50,679 bases of DNA from Vicugna vicugna (taxonomy: Eukaryota): assembly GCA_013265495.1 (NCBI GenBank), contig MU058045.1, positions 62,001-112,679 of the forward strand. Direction: 5' to 3'. Positions 1 to 10,394 of the stretch are shown in pieces. Positions within the stretch are counted from its first letter, which is position 1. The number at the start of each line of letters is the position of its first letter. The notes under the pieces were generated by a model. It saw only the letters and a list, made by a program, of their open reading frames with translations. It was not told the origin of the DNA and did not search any database. The position numbers were made by a program, and so were the translations under genes.

Positions 1-517
1 GTCCCTCCTCCCAGTCCAGGCAAACCCACCCCCTCCCTGAGTTTCCAGCCCCAGTCCCTCTCCAGCTCCACAGAGCCTGGCTCCATCACTGGCGCCCACG
101 CACCTGATACCCGCTCCTCAGCCCCGGCTCCTGAGCCTAGAATTGCTCAGATCTTTCTCACCTTAAACCTTTTCCCAGACACCTGGGGCCTATGGTCAAG
201 ATTTGCTAAAGAAAGACCTGGGCAGTGGGAGTCTTCCAGTATCTCTCTGTGCCCTTTCCCCCACCCACACCCATCTCCCCCACCCACATACCTGGCACAA
301 GCTGCTGGGGTTGGAAGGAAGAGGGGGAGACCCCTTTCCTGGGGTCCTGGGGTGAAGAGGGAGGTGAGGGCAGGGGACAAGCAGAGGTGTCAGGCACCTC
401 ATACCCAGAGGGGCCCATCCCCGGTCATGGAGTGAATGTGACAGAGACCTCAGAGAGACAGAGAGCCACCAGGAGCTAGACCGAGGTGGAGCCAAGCCCC
501 AGGAAGCAGACACTTGC

Positions 518-641
518 CTTTCCAAAATGGATTTTCTCTCCTGGAACCGTGCCCACGAGTGCCTGGGCCCTCATCTCTGCTGAGCTGGTGGTCGCTGTCC
601 TCCGAGTCTAGCTGCTGGATGTCTTGAAAGTCCCTCGCCAT
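518..641 (-). CDS. ASGR2: Asialoglycoprotein receptor 2, first coding exon (cytoplasmic tail); the rest of the gene lies beyond the left edge of the window
   Basis: Translates MARDFQDIQQLDSEDSDHQLSRDEGPGTRGHGSRRENPFWK(G), matching the ASGR2 N-terminus (FQDI internalisation motif, 19-aa insert). The 124 coding nt end at AAAG|GCAAGT (GC donor at 517). A likely acceptor cccag|GTCCAG lies at 672/671. Confidence 0.93.
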
Positions 642-996
642 GCTGGTTTGGGCGCTGGGTTGCAGCTGGACCTGGGAGAGGGTCGAGGTGCTTTTAGGGC
701 TGGGGCTGATGTTTGTGCTAAGATGCTAATTCAGGAGGGGGCTGACGGATACAGGGTCAGAGTAGGTCGAGGCAATGGCTTGGGTTGGATCTGAAGTTGG
801 AAATGAGTTTGGGGCTGAAATACAGCTGGGTCCCATCCCTTCTCAGGAGACTGCTGGAGCCTTGAAAAGCCAGGCGCCTCCCCTCCACGGGCTCCAAATC
901 ACCCCACATCTTCCTGTCTGCCTCCCACTGTCCCTGAACCAAGGTCCCTTTAATCCTAAACATTCCCCATCCCACCTGCCTCCCCACCTCGGCTAC

Positions 997-1150
997 CTGT
1001 TACAGGAATGGAGGGCTGACTCTTGGGTCTCTCAGGCAGCCCAGGCCCCTGGGCAAAGGATGGACTTGAGCCGGGAGAAGTGGGGAAGGGGAGGAGACTG
1101 GTCCAGGTGAGGGCCCTGAGTCCGTGTGTCTGAGCGTCCAAGTGTTTCTA
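997..1150 (-). other. ASGR2: Putative non-coding first exon (5'UTR) of ASGR2
   Basis: Donor-like AACAG|GTAGCC at 997/996. The region aligns by eye with ASGR1 39911-40120 (tgactcttgggtctctca vs tgactcctaggtccctca; gagggccctgag in both). The 5' end is approximate. Confidence 0.5.
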
Positions 1151-1153
1151 ACA

Positions 1154-1475
1154 CCCAGGACTTTGGACGGTAAATAGAAGTGGAAACCGAGTGGGAACTC
1201 AGGCAAAGTGAGGTGGGGGTGGGGGCAGGACCGTCTATGTCCTTCACAGAGAACAGGGTCCCCAGGTCTGCCCCCCTCACCCCCCACAAGCCAGTCACCT
1301 CACTCTTCATGGCACATTTGAGAGGGGTCCAGGCCAGCAGGGGCGGGGGGGGGGCAGGTCAGTGTTTCCCTCTGCCCCTCCCCTCTTTCACTTTCTGCCT
1401 CTGACTCTCCCCGAATCACTGGTTCTCCAAATATCCCTCACTAGGATCAGAGGCACCGGGCTCCGCTCCTGCCCA
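1154..1475 (-). promoter_or_regulatory. ASGR2 proximal promoter: HNF4-type DR1 (1157-1169), FOXA motif (1170-1176), ISRE-like GAAAGTGAAA (1386-1395)
   Basis: Minus strand CGTCCAAAGTCCT next to TATTTAC. The whole block is paralogous to 40131-40460 upstream of ASGR1. Confidence 0.7.
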
Positions 1476-1730
1476 GTCTGGCGTCTGGGCCTACGTCGCC
1501 CATGTCCTGCGGGCCCAGCCCCCTGGCTCCCCAGCCCTGGGCTACCTTTCGCGGGAGAAGGCCCCGCAGAGACCGGAAGTTCAGGAGGAGGGAGGAGGGT
1601 CCAAAAGGCAGGCGTGTTGGGCAGGAGGAACCGCTCCTGCGGCCCTGGCAGCACAGGCCTTTGTCCTCATGCCCCTCCGCAGGGCTGAAGAGCCCGCAGA
1701 CATTTTCTCAGGAGGCGGGTTCTCCGGCTG
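1450..1730. promoter_or_regulatory. Small GC/CpG-enriched patch upstream of ASGR2 with a consensus ETS site ACCGGAAGT (1572-1580)
   Basis: Local CpG enrichment and an exact ELK/GABPA-type motif. Confidence 0.4.
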
Positions 1731-2269
1731 TTGCCATTTCACAGAGGAGGAAATGGACCCTCGTGGAGGTTAAGTGACTTGACCTGGGGGAGGGGTCCGT
1801 GGGTAGGGAAACTGGGAAGCAAAACTTAATAAAGAGGAAAAAAGTCATCCCGTGAGAGTAGGGACATCACAGTCCTGTGAGGAAGATGGGGCTCCAAGAA
1901 CTGAGGAACGTGACTAACTCAAGTCTACACTCGCACTGACACTAGCTTGGGAAAGAAATTCACCCGATTTTCTGACCCTCACCAAGAAGTGAAACTAGAG
2001 AAACTAGCTACGGGCAGAGATCCCCTTATAAAGCTGTCTGGGCTTCTCCTTTTGTTGAAAAGGGGTTAGGACAGAGGCCTGTGCTTTTCTTGGGGTAACT
2101 TTCTGACACCCAGAAAGTAGCACACAATCTGATATCCCAATGTTCCTGCGTCACCAAAGCAGTGGTGGCTGCTTTGCTTTTGGACTGTGAGATGTGGCTG
2201 AGAGATGTGTTCTCCACGTAACACATGCAGGCACCTGCACTCGTATTTGTATGTTTTGCTTTCTCCTGA

Positions 2270-2330
2270 ATCCCCAGGGCCTGGCACACAGTAGGTGCTC
2301 AACAAGTACTGAATGAATGAATGAATTTGC
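2270..2330 (+). mobile_element. L2 3' end
   Basis: cctggcacacagtaggtgctcaacaagtactgaatgaatgaatgaa is the typical L2 terminus. Confidence 0.65.
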
Positions 2331-2948
2331 AGATAGCTTACTGACATGTCTCATCAAACACTGCATACCTGACAACTTGCGTTCTAGTTCACGATCAACT
2401 GAATTGAGTTTCCCAACGCACTAATGGGGTCACAACTTGGTTTGAAAAACACTGCGATGCACTTCCAGTCTTGGCAGGGATGTGGTTTTAGTTTCAAGAT
2501 GCAGGCACAAGCTTAAAAAAATGGCTTATTATACTGCGTGTCAAGGTTTACCAACTGCCATCCAGGGGTGGGGGGCATTCTCACTGGCCACCCACTTTGA
2601 CTGAACTGATTCCAGGTCTCAGGGTACACCCCCTACGCCGGCACTGGCGAGACAGGACAGAGAAAACACACACCTCTGCTTCCTTCTCTTCCTCCCCTTT
2701 TGAAAGTCAGCATCTTAACTTGCCAAAAGTTGGCATATGCTCAGGCTATTCCTTACGCTTCCATATTGCCTCTATTTTTTGTCAGGGTTTTTCTGACTTT
2801 GGTTACAAAATCCTTTTTTTTCCCATTGGTTTTGGTTTTGGGGTTTTGTCGGTGTTTTTGTACCTCAGGCACAGAAAGTTAGATGAGTCATATTTCTGAG
2901 TTGCTGGCATCCAGTCTTCCTCAGAAGTCTGAGCAAGACCTTTCTCTT

Positions 2949-3111
2949 TTTTTTTTTTTTAATTTTTTTTAAATTAAAAAAAAATTTTTTGGGTGGGGGA
3001 GGTAATTAGGTTTACTTATTTGTTTATTTTTTTGTAGGCGGTACTGAGGATTGAACCTGGGACCTTGTGCATGCTAAGCATGTGCTCTACCACTTGAGCT
3101 ATACCCTCCCC
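2949..3111 (-). mobile_element. tRNA-Ala-derived SINE (camelid vic-1-like) with a perfect 15-bp TSD
   Basis: Minus strand GGGGAGGGTATAGCTCAAGTGGTAGAGCACATGCTTAGCATGCACAAGGTCCCAGGTTCAATCC plus A-rich tail. TSD caagacctttctctt at 2934-2948 and 3112-3126. Confidence 0.9.
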
Positions 3112-3269
3112 CAAGACCTTTCTCTTGTTTTATTATTTTTCCTCGTCAATCCTGTCTCCCTACACCAATTCCTACTTTTGCTACATGTTACAGTCTCCAA
3201 AGATGGCGGCCGTCAAGCTCTTCCCTCACTATACATACAAGTTACACCAGCCATCCAGAGGGAGAGGCC

Positions 3270-3915
3270 ATTTCCCCTCCCTTTGACTCTGTGACTTGCC
3301 TGGACCAACTGAAAGTGCTCAGAATGACACTCTGCCAGTTCTGGGGCCAGTTCTAAGTCAAGAAACCTAGAAGCTTCAGGTTTCATACTTGGAGGCCAGC
3401 CCCATGCTATAAGGAACCCCAGCTACCTTGCTGGAGAGAGAAACCTGGTCTAGAGACCCCAGGGGTAACACACAATATGGAGATGGAGGGAGAGAGACGG
3501 AGAGAGAACACACAGGAACACCGAAGCTCTCGACATGTGAACAAAGCCTTTCTGGGAGCTTCCAGCCCAGCCCAGCCCAGGTATGTAACCCTAGCCAGTC
3601 CTACATGGTCCACCTGGCCCAGCCCTGCTCAGATTTCTGACCCAGAGACTCTTGCGAAGTAATAAATACAGCTGACCTTTGAATGGCACAGGGGTTAGGG
3701 AGTCAAAAATCCAAGTATAACTTTACAATTACCCTTCGTATCCTCGGATCAGCATCTGCAGATGGTGTAATACATTTTCAGTGAAAAAAAATCTGCTTAT
3801 AAGTGGTTACAAGTGAATCTGTGCAGTTCAAACCTGTGTTGTTCAAGGGTCAACTGTAGTTGTTTGTTTTAAGCCACTGAAGCTTTGGGTTGGTCTGTAC
3901 GTATCAGCAGGTAAC
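3270..3915 (+). mobile_element. MLT1-type (MaLR) LTR interrupted by a DNA transposon
   Basis: MLT1 hallmarks (tgtgacttgcctggaccaa ... cccagccc ... aataaat[insert]gttgtttgttttaagccact). Confidence 0.6.
3669..3856. mobile_element. Tc1/mariner Tigger2-type non-autonomous element
   Basis: Terminal inverted repeats cagctgacctttgaa ... ttcaagggtcaactg, flanked by a TA duplication (3667-3668 and 3857-3858). Confidence 0.8.
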
Positions 3916-3977
3916 AGAATCAATAGATGTCCTTAAATATGTATCCTTATAAAATATGTTGTACAGTTTGTGTCTGG

Positions 3978-4028
3978 TTTTTTAACATTTTTTATTAAGT
4001 TATAGTCATTTTACAACATTGTGTCAAA
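3978..4028 (-). mobile_element. Ultra-short 5'-truncated L1 3' tail with TSD
   Basis: ttttttaacattttttattaagttatagtcattttacaa resembles an L1 3' terminus. It is flanked by ttgtgtctg at 3968-3976 and 4029-4037. Confidence 0.6.
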
Positions 4029-5139
4029 TTGTGTCTGTTTTTTATATACATAAATGAAACCTTTATAAATCTCATTTGTTCCTGACCTTTTTCACCCAAG
4101 GATAAATGCTGAAGATCTATCCCCGTTGCTATTTGTACACCTGGTTTGTCGCATCGTAGTCAATGGTGCGTATCCATCAGTCTATTTACCGAGTCCCCTA
4201 ATGATGAACCCTAGGTTATCGCCAACACCCAACACCCAGATACCACAATGAACACATTCTGTTCTCATGCGGACCTAGGTGAGAATTTCTCTCAGAACTA
4301 GACTTAAGAATGAAATTACTAGATGACAGAATAGTCTCATACTTAATTTCACACACATACACATTTTTTTGGCCTCTATGAGTTCATAGCCATGATACTT
4401 TTTTAGTACAGTTTTTGTTCCCTTTCTTTTTTCACTTGCCTCATCCTCCCCCTCCCTTTGCTCTGCCCGCTCACTGCATCTTCCATCCCTGCCCTCCTGT
4501 GACAATACTAACAACCTAGAAATGGGCTTACTGTTTTATCTCTGCTATTAATGCTTCATCCTGTTCCCACGTGAACCTAGGCAAGAAGTTCCCTGTGAAA
4601 TAGATCCAGGAGTGAAAGTGTGAGGTCACAAATTCTTCCCATGCTTAATTTCACTGGGTCCTGCCGCCATGCTGTGCATTTTCCAGAATGGTCATGCCCA
4701 TGGACACCCCACCACCAGCATATGAGGGCTCCCTCTTTGGAATTATTCCACTTTCCAGTTGCCACCAGCCTGATGCCATCTCACTGCTCTGTTATTTTGC
4801 ATTTCCGGTTAATAGCAAATCTGAATGTTTCTTCATCTATTTTCTTGTCACTGGGTTTCCCTCACATGGACTGCTTTTTTACACCCTTTATCCACTTTTC
4901 TATTGGGTTTCCTGAATTCACTTTGAGGATTAGCAGAATTTCTTGTGTTTACTAGATACTTGTTCAGAAAATAAGAAAGGCCTTTTCAAATTAAAAAATA
5001 CTATTGTTAAAGCCAAAAAAATGAATAGAAGTTTTGGAAGATAAAAATTTGGAAATCTTTCAGAGAAAAAAAAGAACAAAAGGACAATTTTTTTTTTAAT
5101 TTGTGATAAGCAAACAGATAGCTAAACTGGGGGGATTTT

Positions 5140-5480
5140 TTTTTTCTCCCTGCCTTCATGTTTCCATGTTTTTTCCCACTAGGGAAAGTCTCTGAGCCTC
5201 TCTCCAGACACCCCCGCCCCACTCACTCCTCCCTCCCCAGGGGAGGAAGCTTCACTTACTAGAGCACCTGGCTCAGCCCCACGGGGCTCCCTCTGGTGTC
5301 TCCCTGCTCAGCTTGTAATCTATGTCCTGCCAAGTGACACCGAGCCCACCCCTGCAGAGAGACCTGCTTTGCTCAGCTCTGCCTGTGACTCGGTAAATAT
5401 GCCTGCCTAATTCTTGGATGAAATATTAACTAGTCCTTTTGATTTAAGGTTCTAAGCCAAATCCTCTTTCACTGCTTATC
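5140..5480. mobile_element. Possible old ERV LTR fragment
   Basis: LTR-like composition ending ...cactgcttatca. Family not confidently identified. Confidence 0.35.
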
Positions 5481-5619
5481 AGTGATAAAGCTAACATCAT
5501 TATATCCATTCATCTGTCTACTGTGTTTTAGTCCTCAATTGGTTTCAAATTTCAGAGAAGAAAGGGTTCTTTTTTATTAGCCTTGTTAAATTTCTGGAGA
5601 ACCAATGAATAGTTCTAAG

Positions 5620-6090
5620 AAATAAAACAGGAAGTGAAAGGGGAAAAAATATCAAAGCACTAATACAAGAATGTTGCTTATAATTAAAAGGATGAGACTC
5701 TCAATTTGGGTAACCTACTTATCACCCAGATTTTCATTGAAGACGGACCAAAGGATGCCAGGGTGAAATTTCACAATACCAGTAATAAAGAGAAGATTCT
5801 AAAAGCCACTGGAGAGGGAAAAAAAAAATCACTTATAAAGAAACAAGAATGAGAATGGATTCCACTTCTCAGCTGTTCCATTCAACACTAGAAGACAGGA
5901 TGATGCCTTCAAACTTCCAAGGGAAATTTTTTTCAATCTAAAATCGTAGATGCAAATGATCATTGGCATGACAGAGCCGAATATAGAGCTTTCAGACATG
6001 CCAGTGTTCAGAAAGTTTATTTTCCATTTCTACAATGTGAAATAAATTTCTATAGAAAGTGAGGAAATAATCCAAAAATAAGACACAAAA
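5620..6090 (+). mobile_element. Ancient L1 ORF1-region remnant
   Basis: A-rich decayed ORF1-like text (aaagagaagattctaaaagc, agaatggattccacttctc, gccttcaaacttccaagggaa). Confidence 0.55.
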
Positions 6091-7049
6091 AAGAACATCT
6101 CAGTATGAAATTTTTTCATTATCATTAAATAAAATCTTATTTACCTCTCTGTATTTCTGCCTACAGCTTGGCGTTTTTATTTTCTTATAACTCTTATCTA
6201 GTGAGATTTGAGAGCCTGGCCTTAAAAATGCAAGTCATCATAAGAAACTTAAGAAATCTAAGGAACAGATGGAGACTGCCGTTTGCTAGGCTGCTGAAGT
6301 GAGAATGACCACAAGCCCACCCGTCTTGTTCTCTTATGAACCACGGAGACCAGGGTGGACCTTCATAACTCTTCTGGACGTATTCTGTTCTCTGCAACGT
6401 TAACGCTTTCTTCGGAAGGCTTAAGACTCCCAAGACTTTAAATGAAACTGTTGCCATCACTGGTAAAAATAATTTCCAGAAAATGTCTGGCGTGCTGTTA
6501 GGTTGTCTTTTTTGACAACTTACTGCACGTTGGAATCTCTAAGCAAGGATACAATTCTTGACACTCAGACAGTGGCTAAGAACACCATAAAGGATGTCCT
6601 CCTGAGAAAAGAGAATTTGATTTTATGCAGTTTTAATTTTAAGAAACAGACCATTGATGTGAGGAAAACATTGCAAGATGAAAAACTATTATATCGCCAG
6701 TAAAAACAAAAGAGACGATACAAGAAAGAAAATGTTATCATAGTAGAACAGGAGGTTCTACATAATACTGACATAGACATATAACGTGAATGCTTTATTT
6801 TTTAACTCAAGATGCTGCTATAACTAGAGCTGGAAAATGGCAGTGGTAAAAGAGGCTAATCCTTATCCCTAATAGGAAATAAATGGTCTAACAGTTGTAA
6901 ATTCCTTCCTCCTCATTGTCTGATGGGCAGATTGCAATAGAATGAGTTGCAACTCTAGGAACCACCACCATAGGAGGCCACAGAGTTAGCTGTGACCATC
7001 GTAACCACTGGTCATGGGGAACCGAGGAGAGCAGGTTTCTGGCTGAGAC

Positions 7050-7450
7050 AAGCATGTGGCTGGTGGTGCCACTTGTCAGCCGGGGAGCCCAGCAGGAGAT
7101 CTGGTGTGGCAGCAGGAGCGAGGAGGCTGAGTTTGATTTGGGGCATAAGTTAAGCATGCTGGTGGTCCATTCAGATGGAGCTACCTAGGGGCAGTTGGAT
7201 ACAGTTGAATCTGAAGCTCAGAGGAGAGGTCTGGGCTGAAGACCGGGAATCACCACAAGTATCCGAAGCCACAGGAGTGGAGAAGAGGGTCTAGGACAGA
7301 GCCCTGAAAAGACTCATGTCGAACAGACAGAGAAAGAGGTCGGGGAAAAGAGACTGAGAAGGTGCAGCCAGGGACATGCAAGGAAAATGGGGAGGGAAGC
7401 CAAGCAAAGAGTTTCAAGAAGTGAGTCATCCAGTCCAAGATGAATATCTG
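7050..7450 (-). mobile_element. L2 fragment
   Basis: gagtttgatttggggcat ... ggcagttggat ... gaggagaggtctgggctg, typical antisense L2 text. Confidence 0.6.
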
Positions 7451-8093
7451 AGCCCACTTCCAAATTCTACTGCACGATGTGCTGTAGATAAAAGCAAGCA
7501 AAGGACAGAGCAGCCCAGGACTCGGGTGGGGAGGATGGTGGAGGAAATCCCATCCAGGCAGCAAATGGAAGGGCATCCAGGGAATGGCATATATCCCTGC
7601 CCTGCTCAGGTGGCAGCAGCTGGGGACAAGGGCAGTATGGGGTGCCAAGTTCAATCATACTGAGGTCTGCAAGAAGTTCCCTGGATACCAGAGTCCCTCG
7701 TGAGCCTGGGGGACTTCAAGGTCCTCCACATTGCTGCGGCTTTCACTTGGTGGGGCAGACTAGCCCTACGAAGGCAGAAGCACCGACACGCTTGACCACT
7801 AAGTGCACTAGCAGCACCTCTTTGAGAGCGAGTCGCTGCCCAGCTACTTCTATACTGTCACACAAATCCAGAGAACAAACTCTTTGAAACAAGAAGAAAC
7901 CACCCCCCCAAAAAAATCTGCTAACTGTCAGGAGGTCCACTCCACAGTTTAAGAGCTCTCTGAGATAAATTACCCCAAAGAGAGACAATGTTTCCATCTG
8001 GGTCTGTATTTTCAAGAGACAGCCACTTTCTCTGGCAAAATCTATCTCAACTCCAATACTGAATAAAAATAAATCTTCTTCTACAGGGGTGGG

Positions 8094-8482
8094 TGTGATG
8101 GACTGAATTGTGTTCCATTTCTCCCAAAACACATATGTTGACGCCCTACCTCCCAGTGTGACTGTATTTGGATACAAGGCTTTTAAGGAGATAGTTAAGG
8201 TAAAATGAGGTCATAAGAGTGGTGCCCGAATCCAATAGGATTGGTGCCCTTATAAGAAGAGGAAGAGACACCAGGAGTGCACACACAGAGGAGTGACCAC
8301 GTGAGGACATGGAGAGAGGCAGCCACCCGCAAGCCAGGATGAGAGGGAGGTCTCACCAGAAACAAATCCTGCCAGCACCTTGATCTTGGACTTCCAACCT
8401 CCAAGACTATAAGCAAATAAGTGGCGACTGTTTACACCACCCAGTCTGTGGTAGTCTATTAAGGCAGCTCAAGACAACTAAC
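8094..8482 (+). mobile_element. MLT1A/B-type LTR
   Basis: Starts tgtgatggactgaattgtg; contains aatccaataggattggtgcccttataagaagagga and cagcaccttgatcttggacttc. Confidence 0.8.
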
Positions 8483-8849
8483 CCACTGGGCACAAAAGAC
8501 AAAAGAAAAATCTGGACATATGAAAAGATTTAGCAAGTCAAAAGATAATAAATCAAAGAAAGTGTCCTCTTGAAATAGATTTAACAGCAACAAACAAGGC
8601 AGAGTTTTAAAAATATATAATTTACATCTAAATGAATTAATCTTGTTTCTATGAAACAAGAACAGGAAGTCACCAGAGGAAAACAACAGATAACAGATAA
8701 ACAATTTGGGGGAAGTAACAGGATGATTAATAATTTTGAAACCCAATAGAGGATATGAAGAGCCAATTGCTAATAACAGGAAACTGAATCAGAGATTTCC
8801 AAGCCAGAAATGGTAAATTCCCCCAGAACTCTTAGGTAAAGAAAAGAGA

Positions 8850-9130
8850 TTTATGCAGCCATGTTCATAGTAGCATTATTCGCAATAGCCAAAAGGTGTC
8901 CATCGACAGATGAATAGAGAGACAAAATGTGGTGTACATATATGATGGAAAATTGTTCAGCCTTAAAAAGAAGGAAATTCTGACACAGACAACAACACAG
9001 ATGAAATTTGAGGACGTTATGCCAAGTGAAATAAGCCAGCCATAAAGACAGGTGCTGTGGAAGGTTCCCAGAATGGCCGCATTTATAGAGTTAGAAAGTA
9101 GAATGGGGGCTGCCAGGGGCTGGGGGGGGT
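8850..9130 (+). mobile_element. L1M 3' region fragment
   Basis: atgttcatagtagcattattcgcaatagccaaaaggtg ... gacgttatgccaagtgaaataagccag. Confidence 0.75.
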
Positions 9131-9394
9131 TTCACAAATAGGGTAACACAGATGCCGCTTCTGAGGCCCAGGGACCATGGAATTAATTCACTCAAAGCCT
9201 GAAGGAACCGTCCCTGGAGGGAGAACAGAGATGTGAGTCACAGAATCGTACAACCTCCTAGCTGCTGGAGATGTTGCCGCCTCCATTCAAGGAGAGGAAA
9301 TTGATGCCCCAGAGGAGACGGTACGTCCAGGGCCCCACCGCCCATCCAGGTCAGTAACTCTGAACGGATGAGGTACTGAGAATGAATGTGAGTT

Positions 9395-9756
9395 TCATTC
9401 ACCAGGGCTGCAGTAATATTACCACAGGCTAGCTTACCCAGCAGAAACTTACCGTCTCACAGCCTGTGGGCTAGAAGTCCCAGATCAGCGTGTCAGCATG
9501 TTTGGCTTCTCCTGAAGCCTCTCTCCTCGGCTGGCAGGCAGCAGCCTTCTTACTGTGTCCTCACGTGGCCTTTCCTCAGTGTGTGTCTGTGTCCTAATCC
9601 CCTCTTATAAGGACACCAGTCATGTTGGATCAGGGCCCACCCTAGTGACCTCACTTTAATTACCTCTTTAAAGACCCTGTCTTCAAATACTGTCACATTC
9701 CAAAAGACTCGGGATTAAGGCTTCAACATGAGTCTAGGGGGAACACAGTTCAGCAC
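9395..9756 (-). mobile_element. MLT1-type LTR
   Basis: ctagaagtcccagatcagcgtgtcagc ... cttataaggacaccagtcatgttggatcagggcccaccc ... gggggaacacagttcagc. Confidence 0.8.
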
Positions 9757-9789
9757 AAAAGAGCATGGAACAAGGAAATTTTTCTGGGA

Positions 9790-9850
9790 GTGTGTGTGTG
9801 TGTGTGTGAGTGTGTGTCTGTGTCTGTGTGTGTCTGTGTGTGTGTGTGAG
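9790..9850. repeat. Imperfect (TG)n microsatellite
   Basis: Directly visible TG run with TC/AG interruptions. Confidence 0.9.
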
Positions 9851-10394
9851 TGACATGCTTTGGGGACAGAGAGGCCAACTCAGCCCCAGGCCCAGGAGGA
9901 AGGCACTAAGGCTGCCTTTCCATCCAGACAATTACTTTATTCAGAAATATTTCTTCAGTGCCTTCTCTCTGCTAGACAGTGCTGTAAGCAGCTCTGTCTT
10001 TAGCCCTCGGCTATGGAGCCCACACCTTAGAAGACACCTCTGCGACCCTCCCCAAGCCACACTCCCCACGGAGGAGTCCCTCAGGTCAGGAGACAAGCCC
10101 CCCTGGGCCTTCTAGACCAGCTCCTGCCCACATTCGGGGCCTCACAGCTCTCTTGGCCAGGTGGGTCCTCCTGAAGGCAGAATTCACCTCTGGGGAGAAT
10201 AGCCCTCAGCTTGGGGTGGCCAGGGGCCTCTGTTTTACTGAATGGGGAGGCGGTTTGGCAGTGTGGGCTGCACTGTCTACACTTGTGTGATGAGGTCCTG
10301 CTGTGAGGATGAGCCAGGGGTGGGAAGAGAAGGGAGGGCTGGGCTCAAGGCCTCCACCTGGACTGTTACCCCAGGCTCCACATTAGTGTGGACC

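Noticed and set aside
450..517. ORF-track extension of ASGR2 (KCLLPGAWLHLGLAPGGSLSL*) suggesting a truncated protein
   Set aside because: This is read-through into the intron past the GC donor at 517, not evidence of pseudogenisation.
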